A stretch of 62,442 nucleotides of DNA, the filler included, from Stramenopiles sp. TOSAG23-3 (Eukaryota): the NCBI GenBank assembly GCA_900128585.1. It is 6 parts of 6 records of this genome, joined end to end, with 100 filler letters (N's around TTAATTAATTAA, not from the genome) between each part and the next. Parts side by side here need not be neighbours in the genome. Positions count along the whole stretch, not along the records: positions 29,368 to 43,921 come from LT642557.1; positions 44,022 to 58,562 come from LT642558.1; 4 more parts are not named here. One strand, given 5' to 3'. A model generated the notes under the pieces. It was not told the origin of the DNA, did no database searches, and worked only from the letters and a program-made list of their open reading frames with translations. A program made the position numbers and the translations under genes. Position 1 is the first letter of the stretch. Each line of letters begins with the position of its first letter. This document shows, piece after piece, positions 42,981 through 53,538 of the stretch.

Positions 42981-43819
42981 ATGTTGAATTTTTTGAAGAT
43001 AAAGAGGCGATAAATACAAAGTGCGGCCGGATTTCCGAACGGGAAAAAAGCCTACCCTTACAGGTCCAAAATCGAAAAAAGGTCCGAAAAGGAAACGCTT
43101 GCAAGAGAAGATAACAGAGGAAATAAAAAGACGCAAACATGCAAGATTTGAAAAAAAGAAGCCTAAAAAAATTGAAGACACCTCATCTCTTTTGGACAAA
43201 TTTCGCATAAACCTGGTAAATGACCAGGAGGCAATGCTCCAGAGAGTATTGAGGAAGCAGCAAACTCCTACGCTAAACATATTTCCTGGTCGCATTACTG
43301 AGAGCAGAACTAGTTCCATTTTGCATGAAAAATTAAATTTTCCTGGTAATGTATCGATGCATTCAATATGAGGCGAGGCATGCACACTCACCTTTCCTTA
43401 AATTATTCAGTGGACTTTCTTCAAAAAAAGTATCAAGTTATGAAAAGGGACTGGAAAAAAACAAAGGCTGTGAACAAACTCAAAAAGCACAAGGCAAGCG
43501 AGCAAGCATGGAAACCAAAGACTTCGTCGTAGTTCAATTTATGAAGCTGAGAAACAGCAACAATTACTTCAAGGCTCATACAGATTCGAAGGATATAGAC
43601 GTACAGTACCTGTTGTGTCAATCCAAAGGCCAATAAGATTAAAGCACCGAAATCCCTAAAAGAGGCTAAAGCATCACGTGCGGCTTGAGACGTATGCGCA
43701 GCAACTACGCGAGATGAACGAGACTTGGAAGAAGTTGATCACGTCCAAGAACAACCTAGGCAAGGTTGTGGCAAACAAAGTGGCTGGGAAATATGTGCCT
43801 TGCCCAAATGAATTAAACT
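42981..43819 (+). pseudogene. Multiply frameshifted coding remnant, with a 2OG-Fe(II) oxygenase-like HxD segment
   Basis: Overlapping short ORFs in shifting frames; DFVVVQFMKL...FKAHTDSKDIDVQYLL. Confidence 0.35.
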
Positions 43820-43921
43820 GAACAGGGACTATAAAACTCTGAATAACTTCTGAGGAACTTTGGGGAACCTGAGGAGACACTGCCTACGCGTAACTTAAAG
43901 TAAACAGGTCAAAGAAGGTGT

Positions 43922-44021
43922 NNNNNNNNNNNNNNNNNNNNNNNNNNNNNNNNNNNNNNNNNNNNTTAATTAATTAANNNNNNNNNNNNNNNNNNNNNNN
44001 NNNNNNNNNNNNNNNNNNNNN
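43922..44021. other. Artificial contig spacer with six-frame stop
   Basis: 44 N + TTAATTAATTAA (43966-43977) + 44 N. Confidence 0.97.
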
Positions 44022-44022
44022 T

Positions 44023-44520
44023 AGAAGACGGCTTCTTGAAGATTTGTCGAGTGAAGAGGACCCTGAACCACAGAAAAGTGAAACCCCGGCAAAGGATAAT
44101 CTTGTTGCACAAAACATTACGTCTGCGGTCGGAGAAACCGCTATTATCAAAGACATCGTCCTTTTGAACGCCCCTCGTGGATGTGTGCTGATCTTACCCA
44201 AAGCAACTGGGAGTGGACGCGAGATTCGCATATATGTACAAAGCAACATTTTGCCGGGCCATTTCCACACTGTGAAGAGCAAATTTAAAGGGGATACGAT
44301 CGTTGGCAGCTTAATATCGTACAATGAGGCTGCGTCCAGTGCAGAAAATTTTATTGAAATGAAAGCCTGCAGTGCTAGTGCAACTGACGGCATTATTTTA
44401 AGTCACATGGGGGGTGGGGGTGCTGGTGGGTACATTCTACTCCGAGACGCACAAGAGTCGTCTTGGGCCACGTCTGGCCAATTGCGCAGTCGGGGCGCTC
44501 TTGAGGCAAACCTGTGCTGA
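44023..44520 (+). CDS. 3' fragment of a protein ending in a phage-like beta-rich domain (5'-partial)
   Basis: Frame open from the contig start: RRRLLEDLSSEED...VLLNAPRGCVLILPKATGSGREIRIYV...GGGGAGGYILLRD....WATSGQL. Confidence 0.7.
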   Translation, partial: RRRLLEDLSSEEDPEPQKSETPAKDNLVAQNITSAVGETAIIKDIVLLNAPRGCVLILPKATGSGREIRIYVQSNILPGHFHTVKSKFKGDTIVGSLISYNEAASSAENFIEMKACSASATDGIILSHMGGGGAGGYILLRDAQESSWATSGQLRSRGALEANLC

Positions 44521-44948
44521 TAAAATTATAGAGTAGAGAGAATTACTTTTTCTCTTTCCACCAAAACGGGTTTTAACCTCTCCGAGTATTAGTGAGGCAA
44601 GTAAGGGTTGCCTGAATTTACCATTTCGTAAAAAAGAAACCTCTCTCTTAAAATTCGGAGTTCTAAAACATTAAAATTTAGAGTTAAAAAAAGTAATCTG
44701 AGTGTACACGACACAGTAAATTTAACCATAAGTTTTTAAATTATATTTTTAAGACGTCCCCGCCCGCGGCTTTTGTTCTGCTGTTGTTTCAAGAGACCAA
44801 ACCCGTTTTTACTCACAACAAGAGGAGCACTTTTTTTTCTCTCTCTCCACGCCAGGCGTCTGTAAAAATAGGCTACACGGTAATGCATTTTGTTTTTCAA
44901 AGAAAATTATTTACTCTCACACTTTCGAAACTCCTGGGGTTTCAACCG

Positions 44949-45311
44949 TCACCCATCCAACTCCTCGATCAACAGCTGCCAATCGGAACTTGAATGCAGC
45001 TCTACGGATTTTTTTAAGGCATCGAGGGCTTCGTCTTTTTTGTTAACCCTTAGGTATGCCCGACCCAGAACTTGCTGGGCATTGTAATTTCTGTGATCCA
45101 TTTCTAACGCGTAACGGAGGCAAACGATGGAAGGCCCAAAGTACTTTTTATTGTAAAACCCCACTCCAGCTCGAAACCAACCCACAGAAGTGGTGGGAAG
45201 CATACCATTAGACTGGTGCTTTAACCATTCTTTGACTGTGTGCGACGATTCGGTGGAATTGTAATCTCGCAAGTGCACCAATTCCTCGTTCAAATTTGCC
45301 GCGTCTGCCAT
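44949..45311 (-). CDS. Small TPR protein (alternative upstream ATG at 45473)
   Basis: TPR pair GWFRAGVGFYNKKYFGPSIVCLRYALEMDHRN / AQQVLGRAYLRVNKKDEALDALKKSVEL. Confidence 0.8.
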   Translation of the reverse strand: MADAANLNEELVHLRDYNSTESSHTVKEWLKHQSNGMLPTTSVGWFRAGVGFYNKKYFGPSIVCLRYALEMDHRNYNAQQVLGRAYLRVNKKDEALDALKKSVELHSSSDWQLLIEELDG

Positions 45312-46233
45312 ACTGCCACGCCGACTTTTTTCAGATCGACCGTGCGAAGAATGGTATTGCAAAGCGGTCGTTATCTTAAAGAAACGTTTCCGCAGAGGCA
45401 GCAAAGAACACGTAAAGGTTGCGCTGTTCAAACAACGTGGTGTACATCTAAAACGCCACCCACTCGCTACCATTTCAAACAATATTAATAACATTTTTCA
45501 CATTTCATATATAAGAATATATGTAATTGCAATATTGAATTCTAAGAAAATTATTAAAAATAATTTTTTGCTTCCTTCTTTCTTCCCTCATGTTATTTCT
45601 GCTATTATTATTATTATTTTGGTTCCGGTAGGTACATTGTGTCTACACTGTATTGTATTATATTTTTCCTTTTTTATTTCTCTTTAAAAAAAAACTAACT
45701 TAACCGTCGCAATGAATGAAGAAATTAAAAAAAATGTTTCTTTTTTTTAGAGAAGGAGTGAATGAAGGAAGAAGTGAAAGAATAGAATCATCAACACCGC
45801 AAAAACTACAAAATAAGGAAATACCGTTAGTCCGTCTGCAATAATAGTATGTGTCTTTACTATGAGGGAATGAGATGATCAATTATTAAGTTGGAAAGGA
45901 TATGATATGAATGTATCCTTAAATTTAATTGATATAGAACCACCAAGAAATTCTATAAGAAATCCGTTTCATTTTAGAATCATCTGCTCCTTTGCTACTT
46001 AATATTTACAGTTGTTCCATTGTACTAACTTGTTGTAGAATATGGGCAATAATAAATTTATTTTAAGAACTCACACTCATTTGACATTTCATCGACGAAA
46101 CCATTCGCAACGCATAAGAACAAAAAGAAGGCAAACTAGTTAGCCCTTGGTCGCAGATAAAGATTTAGTCTGTATAATAAACCGATTGGATATTGTGGAA
46201 GCTGATCTGGGTAATAAAACTATTGCGCATAAT

Positions 46234-47246
46234 ATGTTTGCCGTGCCTGAGAATACCAATGCCGACCCAACGCGAATGCATTCCTCTCGGTCGACGAGCA
46301 CCTTATTGCAGGCCAGTGCCCGGTCCATGGTCTCTGGAAGAAAAAGTAGCCGAAGAGTTCCGCTTGGGGACGAAATCTTGATAGGACAGCGTACTGGGCG
46401 ACTTTACTCGAGCCGATCTTCAGCTGCTCTCACCGATCGATATATCTCAAAAGATAAGCTAATCCAATATTCTCCATATTACGCGATGCCGGACGTCGGT
46501 ATACAGAACAAGAGTGTCTTGCAGACATCTCGCCCAGGGCTTTCTCAGGCATTAGAAAAAAGCGCCACTTTTCCGAACCAAGCTCCGCTGTCCTCCCGCT
46601 CGGCAAGGCGACACGCGGGGGCATTTTTGGCCCAATCAAGAAGGAGAGACGTAGTTCTTAGCGAATTGGAGAGAAACCGATCCATGATGCTGAAAGCAAT
46701 AGAAGAAAAGAAACTGGAATTGCGCCGGCAGTTGCATGCGACCGATAGAGCCTTGCGAGTAAAGGAGCAGTTACGAACACGGTCTACTGCGGAAGGAAAG
46801 GTTGTTGCCGAACAAACCAAAGGGAGAAAGATTAGTAAAAAGACTATGCCGGTGGCCCGATACAATAAATATGGCTTCCGGTCTCATCGCGATTCGTCGG
46901 GGGTTTTTCATGGTATGGGCTTTGCCGATCGCCCAAACTATAAGTCACAGTATGCGAATGACCATTCGATGGAGAAGAACCGAACCGCAAGAAACAAATT
47001 ATGGAAGCAGGAGCTAAAAATACGTTTCCCAATAAAGGAGGCGGAGTTCACCAAGGTAAGTCCACTCTTCTCAAATCTCTTGAGCCTTCTACAGAACCTT
47101 CTTCTCAACATAAAATCAGTAACCTAACATTAAACACTTTCTCAACATTTCTCAATCAGTTCGCGCACGAGGCAAAAATGAAAAATGTCAATTTAACGCA
47201 AGTAGGACACGGGCTCCTAGAGCCCCCGGGTATAAGGAAACGGTGA
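46234..47246 (+). CDS. Hypothetical basic protein, two exons (46234-47055, 47160-47246)
   Basis: ATG at 46234; splicing joins EAEFTK to FAHEAKMKNVNLTQVGHG in frame. Confidence 0.7.
47056..47159 (+). other. Spliceosomal intron, 104 nt, phase 0
   Basis: AAG|GTAAGT donor, CTAAC branch point at 47124, pyrimidine-rich tract, CAG| acceptor. Confidence 0.85.
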
Positions 47247-47288
47247 ATTGTTTGGCCCAGAGGGCTCCGCTTTTAATTTAAACAACAC

Positions 47289-47700
47289 TTGGCAAGAGAA
47301 TGCCGCAGCGATTCTATTGTTCCATATTTCAATTCCGACTGGTTAGGGGCGAATAAAGCTTTTCTCATAAAAATATTAAATTTCCTAAAAAAACGTTTAG
47401 TTATGTTAAACTTACCAAAAACACACTTACTAAGACCTCCTAAAGAACTGCGGCAATTCTTTAACAAAAATTCTGTATTCAATAAAACCAGGGTTGGAAA
47501 AACAACGGAACAAGGGCTCCCATTGAGAGATAGTGATTTATATTTGAAACATTTTGATAAACACGTTGTTCTCCCCAGAAAGCATGTTCCAGAGTATAAT
47601 GAGTATTATAAACACACACAAGCCAAGATAGAACACTGCGTCGGTGGTTAGAAGATTCATGTGCTGGCCAAAAACATTACGGGGTGGTGCACGCAATGGA
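47289..47700 (+). mobile_element. Decayed DDE transposase fragment (PIF/Harbinger-ISL2EU/IS5-like)
   Basis: VVLPRK..PEYNEYYKHTQAKIEHCVGG*K fits P..K...YN..h...R..IE...G.LK; in-frame stop at 47649; no ATG-led full ORF. Confidence 0.4.
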
Positions 47701-48187
47701 AAGGACCGGAGAGGCAGCGGCAGGGGAAAGGATAAAACTTACGGCAACACTTGTAACGGTCGCGTTGTAACGGCGTGAGGCTGTGTTTTGGCATCTATTC
47801 GGTTTCAAAAAGCCCGCGGAGAAGCTGTGGGTCTTAAAAAAAGCAAGTGTTGGAATTGGTACTATTATTAGCTATAGTGTAATAGTTGTATTTTCGTCTT
47901 TTTAATCGAACCTCAACATATTTCCACTACCGATAACTCTTCTTCTAAACAAAACAGCAGAGATATATTATTTCTTAATGTCAACAATTTACTTTTCAAT
48001 CATAAATAAATGTACGTACGACGTAAGCAGCTCAAGAGCTCTAAACAACCAATAATTATTATTATTATTATTTNNNNNNNNNNNNNNNNNNNNNNNNNNN
48101 NNNNNNNNNNNNNNNNNNNNNNNNNNNNNNNNNNNNNNNNNNNNNNNNNNNNNNNNNNNNNNNNNNNNNNNNNNNNNNNNNNNNNNN

Positions 48188-48294
48188 TTCTTCTTCTTCT
48201 TCTTCTTCTTCTTCTTCTTCTTCTTCTTCTTCTTCTTCTTCTTCTTCTTCTTCTTCTTCTTTTTTTCTTCTTCTTTTTTTCTTCTTCTTCTTCT
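48188..48294. repeat. (TTC)n microsatellite next to an assembly gap
   Basis: More than 20 perfect TTC units after the N run. Confidence 0.92.
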
Positions 48295-48975
48295 ATGCCA
48301 TCGTGTCCTTCATATATAGATTTAGTCCTAGCTAAAGAAAGACCCTCTCCTCCCTCCTTCCTCCTCCCTCCTTCCTCCTTTTATCAATATTACATTTTAA
48401 ATTTAAGAATACAAAAGATCAAATCATAACAACCAACCTTATTTTCCTCCTGTCCTCCTACGTATGATATACGAGGAGTACCTGGTAACATTATAATATC
48501 TGAATTTAAATGAATACCTTTCATACCGTACGTATCCTCTATCAATAATAAAAATGAAAGAGAAAGAAAGAAATAGAAAAAATAATAATAATAATTATCT
48601 CAATCAACAATCTCTCTCTTCTTCTTCTTCTTCTTCTTCTTCTCTGTTGAATGAAATATGATGATAAATAAAAAATATGATGAATGAATAATGTTCTCTT
48701 CTTCTTTTCTTCTTCACACAACAAACAGACAAAACAAAATTTATCAAATAATAATACGAAGTAATATAGAATAATATAGGTTGATTTATACAATCTAGCT
48801 TATGAGAAAAAAATACAGGTTTAACCCTTTCTTTCATCACGTATTTGTTTAAAAATATTTTCGAACATCAAAGAAATCGATCTTATCGTATCGTATCGGA
48901 AAAGTATTCGACAACGGAAGCTTATTGTTTTTTTGTTTTGTGGGGGGCGGCACGTTACGTGGCAGATGAGAACTT

Positions 48976-51900
48976 ATGAGCTCGTGGGAGTGCACGTTTT
49001 GTGAAGAGCCGTTTTCGGGTCAAAAGGCCCTTGAGGACCATTTGTTCCAGTGTCACAACCTTGTCCTTTCAGAAGTCACGGGGGCTTCCAGTATCGCAGT
49101 ATCGCACCCATGTCAATTTTGTCCAACTGTATTACCCAGGGAAGAAGCTCTGCGGGCGCAATTGGAAGCCTGCACCAGCAATGATACGGCCCATGCCTCC
49201 GGGAAGGCAGTGCGGCGCGCGGTTCGAACAGCGAACCGTTCGGGTGCCAGTCGCAAGCGGGGGGGAGGGCAGAGCGGCGAAAACGCGGGGGCCTTGAACA
49301 GTCAGGCGCCTTCGGCGAACGAGGCGGAAAGCAGTACCCGTGGCAGGGCCGTGTTTAGTAGGAGGGTTGGTGGGGTCAGGGCCACCACCGCCCTTAGGGC
49401 GGGGAGGAAACCGAAGAAGTCCAAGGGGGGGGGCGGCGCTGCTGCCAGCTGCTCGCTCTGTGGAACCGAAGAGCCTGCAGACTTATGCTGCAAAGTTTGC
49501 AATGTCTCCTACCATTCCCTTTGCATCGGGCTAATCTCCCCGCTGATCCCCAACGTCGCGGAGTGGACCTGCAGCAGGTGCGCGGAGCCCGATACGTTGA
49601 ATTACGCAACGTGCTACCTCTGCGGGACAGGGGGCAACCTAGTATGCTGCGAGAACTGCCCAAGGTCGTTCCATGCAAATTGTTCGGGGGTGAAAAGCGG
49701 GCTCAAGGTCGTCAGGTCGACCTCGGCCGCTGCGAAAGCGAACGAAGCCGGTGCTAACCCGGACTGGTGCAACCTGTGCAAAGTGGCATGCCCGAAAGCC
49801 GACTCGCCGGGCTACCCCGTGGACATTTTTTCCGTCAGTACCCGTCGAAAGTATGACTTCGACCGTGCCCTGCTCGTAGAGACGGGCCCCCGCCCAATCT
49901 TGATGGGGGAGATACTTCGACACCTTGAACTGATATGTACGGCAAACTTCTTTCAAGAAATTTTTTTCGCGTACTGGGAAATTTGGAAGGACCGCACGCT
50001 GAACAACCTGAACTGCACGAGGAAAATCATTAGTTCGATTGGCGACATGATGGGGTGGCAGAAGTTCCACCTCGTGTTCAAGCAGTTTTCAGCGCTCGGG
50101 ACGAGGCACACGAACGCGTTTATAGTCATGGGCGGGAGGGGTTACGGCTGGCAAATGTGCCCGGGGTGCCACAACTACCGCGTCTTGAGGACCATGTGCA
50201 TTCACTGCGGGAAGTCGTACCGGAAAGATCTGGCCTCGTCGCCCCTCATGTCGTGCGAACGGTTCTTGTACATACCTGCGATGCCGAAAAAGACCCAAAC
50301 GGCGATCGACCAGTTCCGGCTCGTGGGCCAAAACTCGAGCTTCGAGAATGAGAAAAAGGTCTCGATACGCCGCGCGCTGAAGAACCTCGTCGACAACACG
50401 GAAAAGACCATTGCGAAGGAAAAGAAGGCAAAGCGTCAGACAATTCCAGAGATCGGAACGATAGTCTTCCTTCACTACCAGGCGTACGTCAACCTGAAAG
50501 ACATTTCCTTACGGGACCAGGCCCTGGAAAACTACAAGAATGCCGCGACGATATGGCTGAACACGCCCGGGACCTTTGGCGAATCGGATAGCGACGAGTT
50601 CGAAGAAAACCTGAACAACTTGTGCTCGATCGCGCTGGACTGCACCCAAGGCCTGTGCGCCCTGCGCTGGGGCATGTGCCACGGCATCATTGACCCGTGC
50701 ACCAAGCACGGGCGCAAGTGCCCTTTCCTACACCTGAGCGTGGACCCCCAGGACCGCCCGTACGAGTACGCCAACGTCCAAAGCAACGACGTCTCGTGCT
50801 GCCCGTACGAGCGTGCCCTGCAGCTAGAATACCAGGTCTCCCTGATCGACGAGGGCGAGTTTTACAACGACTCGACGTCGTGGGACCACGACCATCGGTA
50901 CCCGGTGACCCCCTCGGGGCAATGCATGCGGTGCGACAAGAAGATCGGGAAGAAGGGGTCGCAGGGGAACATCTGCTGCAACGGCAAGCCCCCGTTGAGG
51001 ACGATCGATTACAGCACGTGCTACGACTACCTAATCTGGGGGTACTGCTTTCAGGTGATCGGGATCGATGCCTTTAAGTTCAACCTGGACAATTTTTTGA
51101 AGAAGTTGCCGGTCATTCGGTCTTACGGCACGTTTGAAGAGCTGGGGCATAGAGTGTTCCTGCACCAGTGCTACTTTATCACGCACTTCATCTACGCAAT
51201 GAGCGAGTGGGGACGGCACCGACTGTGCATCAACAAGTTTTGGGAAGAGTTTGCATTTATTGTAGAAAACATCAAACTAGTAGCCAACCACATCCAGGAC
51301 TTTGAAGTGCTCGGTGAGTTCCTCAACTGCTTGGGGATAATCGGGGTAGCGGCGGTTGGGGAAGAGAAAATATCCGAGCTCGTCCGGTACGGCCAAGCGT
51401 GCCTTTTGCAAGTCGAGCGTGGCAAGTTCAAGAAAAGCGGGCAGTGGGTCCCAAAGGCGACGTCCAACATGAAGGACCAGTTTCACTCCGCGTGGTGCGG
51501 GCTGGTCGGCCTAACCGACTATCCCGCGCGGGGGCAAGGGAGGCACTGCCCGCCGCTGCACGTTCCCCCGTTCTTCCTTGGCGGGAGCCCCTTGTCGGTG
51601 TTGGCCACTGCCGAAAGGCTAAAAGGCACCCTGGTGCTGGAGATAACCCACCGGAAAGACGAGCAGGATAAGGATAGTGTTGTGGTGGACGGAGGGGTGG
51701 AGCTCGACGCTACCCTGATCGACTCTGCGGGGAAGGAGAACGACGGTTTTTTTGGGGAGGACGGGGACCCGATCGACCGCTTCTTCGATGAGTTCTCCGA
51801 CGATGACGGGCGAGCCCGCTCCCCCGACGGGAGCGCTTCGTCCGGTGGGCAATCCTCCCCCGAAGCGCAGTTATCGTCCTCTGGGCGCTCGACGACCGTG

Positions 51901-51978
51901 TCTCCGGACACAATGATGAACTCTCTGGGTGCAGATCAGATCGACGCCAACGGTCCCTCCACGGCAGTGAATTCTTAG
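48976..51978 (+). CDS. C2H2 plus tandem PHD finger protein with uncharacterised helical C-terminal domain (1000 aa)
   Basis: CTFC..F.....LEDHLFQCH; PHD1 CSLC...CCKVC..SYHSLC...WTCSRC; PHD2 CYLCGTGGNLVCCENCPRSFHANC...WCNLC. Confidence 0.88.
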   Translation: MSSWECTFCEEPFSGQKALEDHLFQCHNLVLSEVTGASSIAVSHPCQFCPTVLPREEALRAQLEACTSNDTAHASGKAVRRAVRTANRSGASRKRGGGQSGENAGALNSQAPSANEAESSTRGRAVFSRRVGGVRATTALRAGRKPKKSKGGGGAAASCSLCGTEEPADLCCKVCNVSYHSLCIGLISPLIPNVAEWTCSRCAEPDTLNYATCYLCGTGGNLVCCENCPRSFHANCSGVKSGLKVVRSTSAAAKANEAGANPDWCNLCKVACPKADSPGYPVDIFSVSTRRKYDFDRALLVETGPRPILMGEILRHLELICTANFFQEIFFAYWEIWKDRTLNNLNCTRKIISSIGDMMGWQKFHLVFKQFSALGTRHTNAFIVMGGRGYGWQMCPGCHNYRVLRTMCIHCGKSYRKDLASSPLMSCERFLYIPAMPKKTQTAIDQFRLVGQNSSFENEKKVSIRRALKNLVDNTEKTIAKEKKAKRQTIPEIGTIVFLHYQAYVNLKDISLRDQALENYKNAATIWLNTPGTFGESDSDEFEENLNNLCSIALDCTQGLCALRWGMCHGIIDPCTKHGRKCPFLHLSVDPQDRPYEYANVQSNDVSCCPYERALQLEYQVSLIDEGEFYNDSTSWDHDHRYPVTPSGQCMRCDKKIGKKGSQGNICCNGKPPLRTIDYSTCYDYLIWGYCFQVIGIDAFKFNLDNFLKKLPVIRSYGTFEELGHRVFLHQCYFITHFIYAMSEWGRHRLCINKFWEEFAFIVENIKLVANHIQDFEVLGEFLNCLGIIGVAAVGEEKISELVRYGQACLLQVERGKFKKSGQWVPKATSNMKDQFHSAWCGLVGLTDYPARGQGRHCPPLHVPPFFLGGSPLSVLATAERLKGTLVLEITHRKDEQDKDSVVVDGGVELDATLIDSAGKENDGFFGEDGDPIDRFFDEFSDDDGRARSPDGSASSGGQSSPEAQLSSSGRSTTVSPDTMMNSLGADQIDANGPSTAVNS

Positions 51979-52261
51979 AGGCACAAATGCATGTACGTCC
52001 CGTCAGAAAGAGCGTAATTAAAAACAGCGTAATTAATAATAATATTCTCAGCACAATTTACACGCACAAGTATTGCTTTCAAATAAGTTAAATTTTATAT
52101 ATATCTCAAGTTTTTCTTTATGCGAAGTATACGTGGACCTGAGCGTGAATCGGCGGTTCTCACTACTCTCTCAAGCTCGTTTGGAAGGCGTTGCCAATCT
52201 GCGCGCCACCAGCCCTCCGTCTCTATCGTTTCGCAGCCTCCGGAGGTTGCTGTTGCCCCGC

Positions 52262-52819
52262 TCACTGCACCTGCTTGAAGCAGGCCCCGTTGCACGTTTG
52301 GGCTTTCGAGGCCTGGATTATACCAACGATAACTCCAAAAATACCAAGAGCACTTCCAAAGATTTCAACAATCAACACCTTTACGAAGAGCGTTGAGTTT
52401 TGCGCGTCTGCCAACGCGCACGAACTCCCAGCTATACCAACGCACACTCCACTAGCGATGTTCGTCAAACCGACCCCCAACCCCGCAGTGAAGAGGGCGT
52501 ACCCGCCGTACATCATGTTGGCTTTCACGTCCCCCGTCGGGTTGGGGATGGGGTGTTGGCCGACTGCTGTCGACAGAATAATGGCCAGAATAACGCCATA
52601 AATCGCCGTCGCCTCGCAGAAGATGATGCTCACCAGATTTTTGGACGTAATGCGTGGGGCTCGCACGGAGGCTCCGATCAGACTGGACCCTGTCAAAAAG
52701 ATGCCCCACGCGGCACCAATAACCGAAAATCCTAGCCCAAACCCAACACCAAGGTACGCCCACATAAAGGGGCTGGTGTTCACAAGTATATCAAACCAGG
52801 ACGTAGTGACCGCGCTCAT
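52262..52819 (-). CDS. VMA16: V-type ATPase V0 proteolipid subunit c'' (ATP6V0B)
   Basis: [78 protein letters not shown]. Confidence 0.96.
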   Translation of the reverse strand: MSAVTTSWFDILVNTSPFMWAYLGVGFGLGFSVIGAAWGIFLTGSSLIGASVRAPRITSKNLVSIIFCEATAIYGVILAIILSTAVGQHPIPNPTGDVKANMMYGGYALFTAGLGVGLTNIASGVCVGIAGSSCALADAQNSTLFVKVLIVEIFGSALGIFGVIVGIIQASKAQTCNGACFKQVQ

Positions 52820-53538
52820 CGTGTTCCTATTTCCTCGCGTGTAGTAGTACCGTACGCCTCTTCTCTCTACCTCTGTAACGGGGCAACACTTCTGTAAAGT
52901 AAGCTCTGTTTACCTTTTCCACGGGGGCTCTCAAACGAAGAAACTGTTTGTATGCTCGTCCTTCCCGCTATTCACTATTTCGATGGATGAAGATTTATGT
53001 GAGCAGGCGAAAGAATTCATAAATCGAACCATAATCTTTTCAGCTGTACCAAATCAATTTAACATTTTCTTACTTTGTCAATTGTAGTTATTAATAAAAA
53101 ATTAGTTATATTATTTTTTTATTCTTTCTTTTCTTACTTCTAATAATAATAATACTACTTGTAATAATAAAAATAAAAAAAATAAATAGACGTTCGTTCG
53201 CGTTCGTTCATTCTTCTTCTTCTTCAATTTTGTTGGAGATTGAAGAGGATCAACAACAAACAACAAATTCGTTTTTAATTTAATTCTTCTTTCTTTCTTT
53301 TTTAAAGATATTCCATATTCCTATTTAAATACCGTATACTATACTAGCATTATACTACAATACCTACTCCCAGACGGACTTTTCTTTTCCTCCTGTAAAA
53401 ATTCAAATGATAAAAAAGAAAGAAAGAGATAGAGAGAAGGAGGAGTTCTTTTTAATAATCTATTATCGAGTCCTGTTATTCTAACTGTTTAACAATTATT
53501 ATACGTCATAGTAGTACTTTAAAAATATTCATCCCTAT

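Noticed and set aside
48010-48429. Poly-Leu/Ile ORF
   Set aside because: Made of (ATT)n, an N gap and (TTC)n
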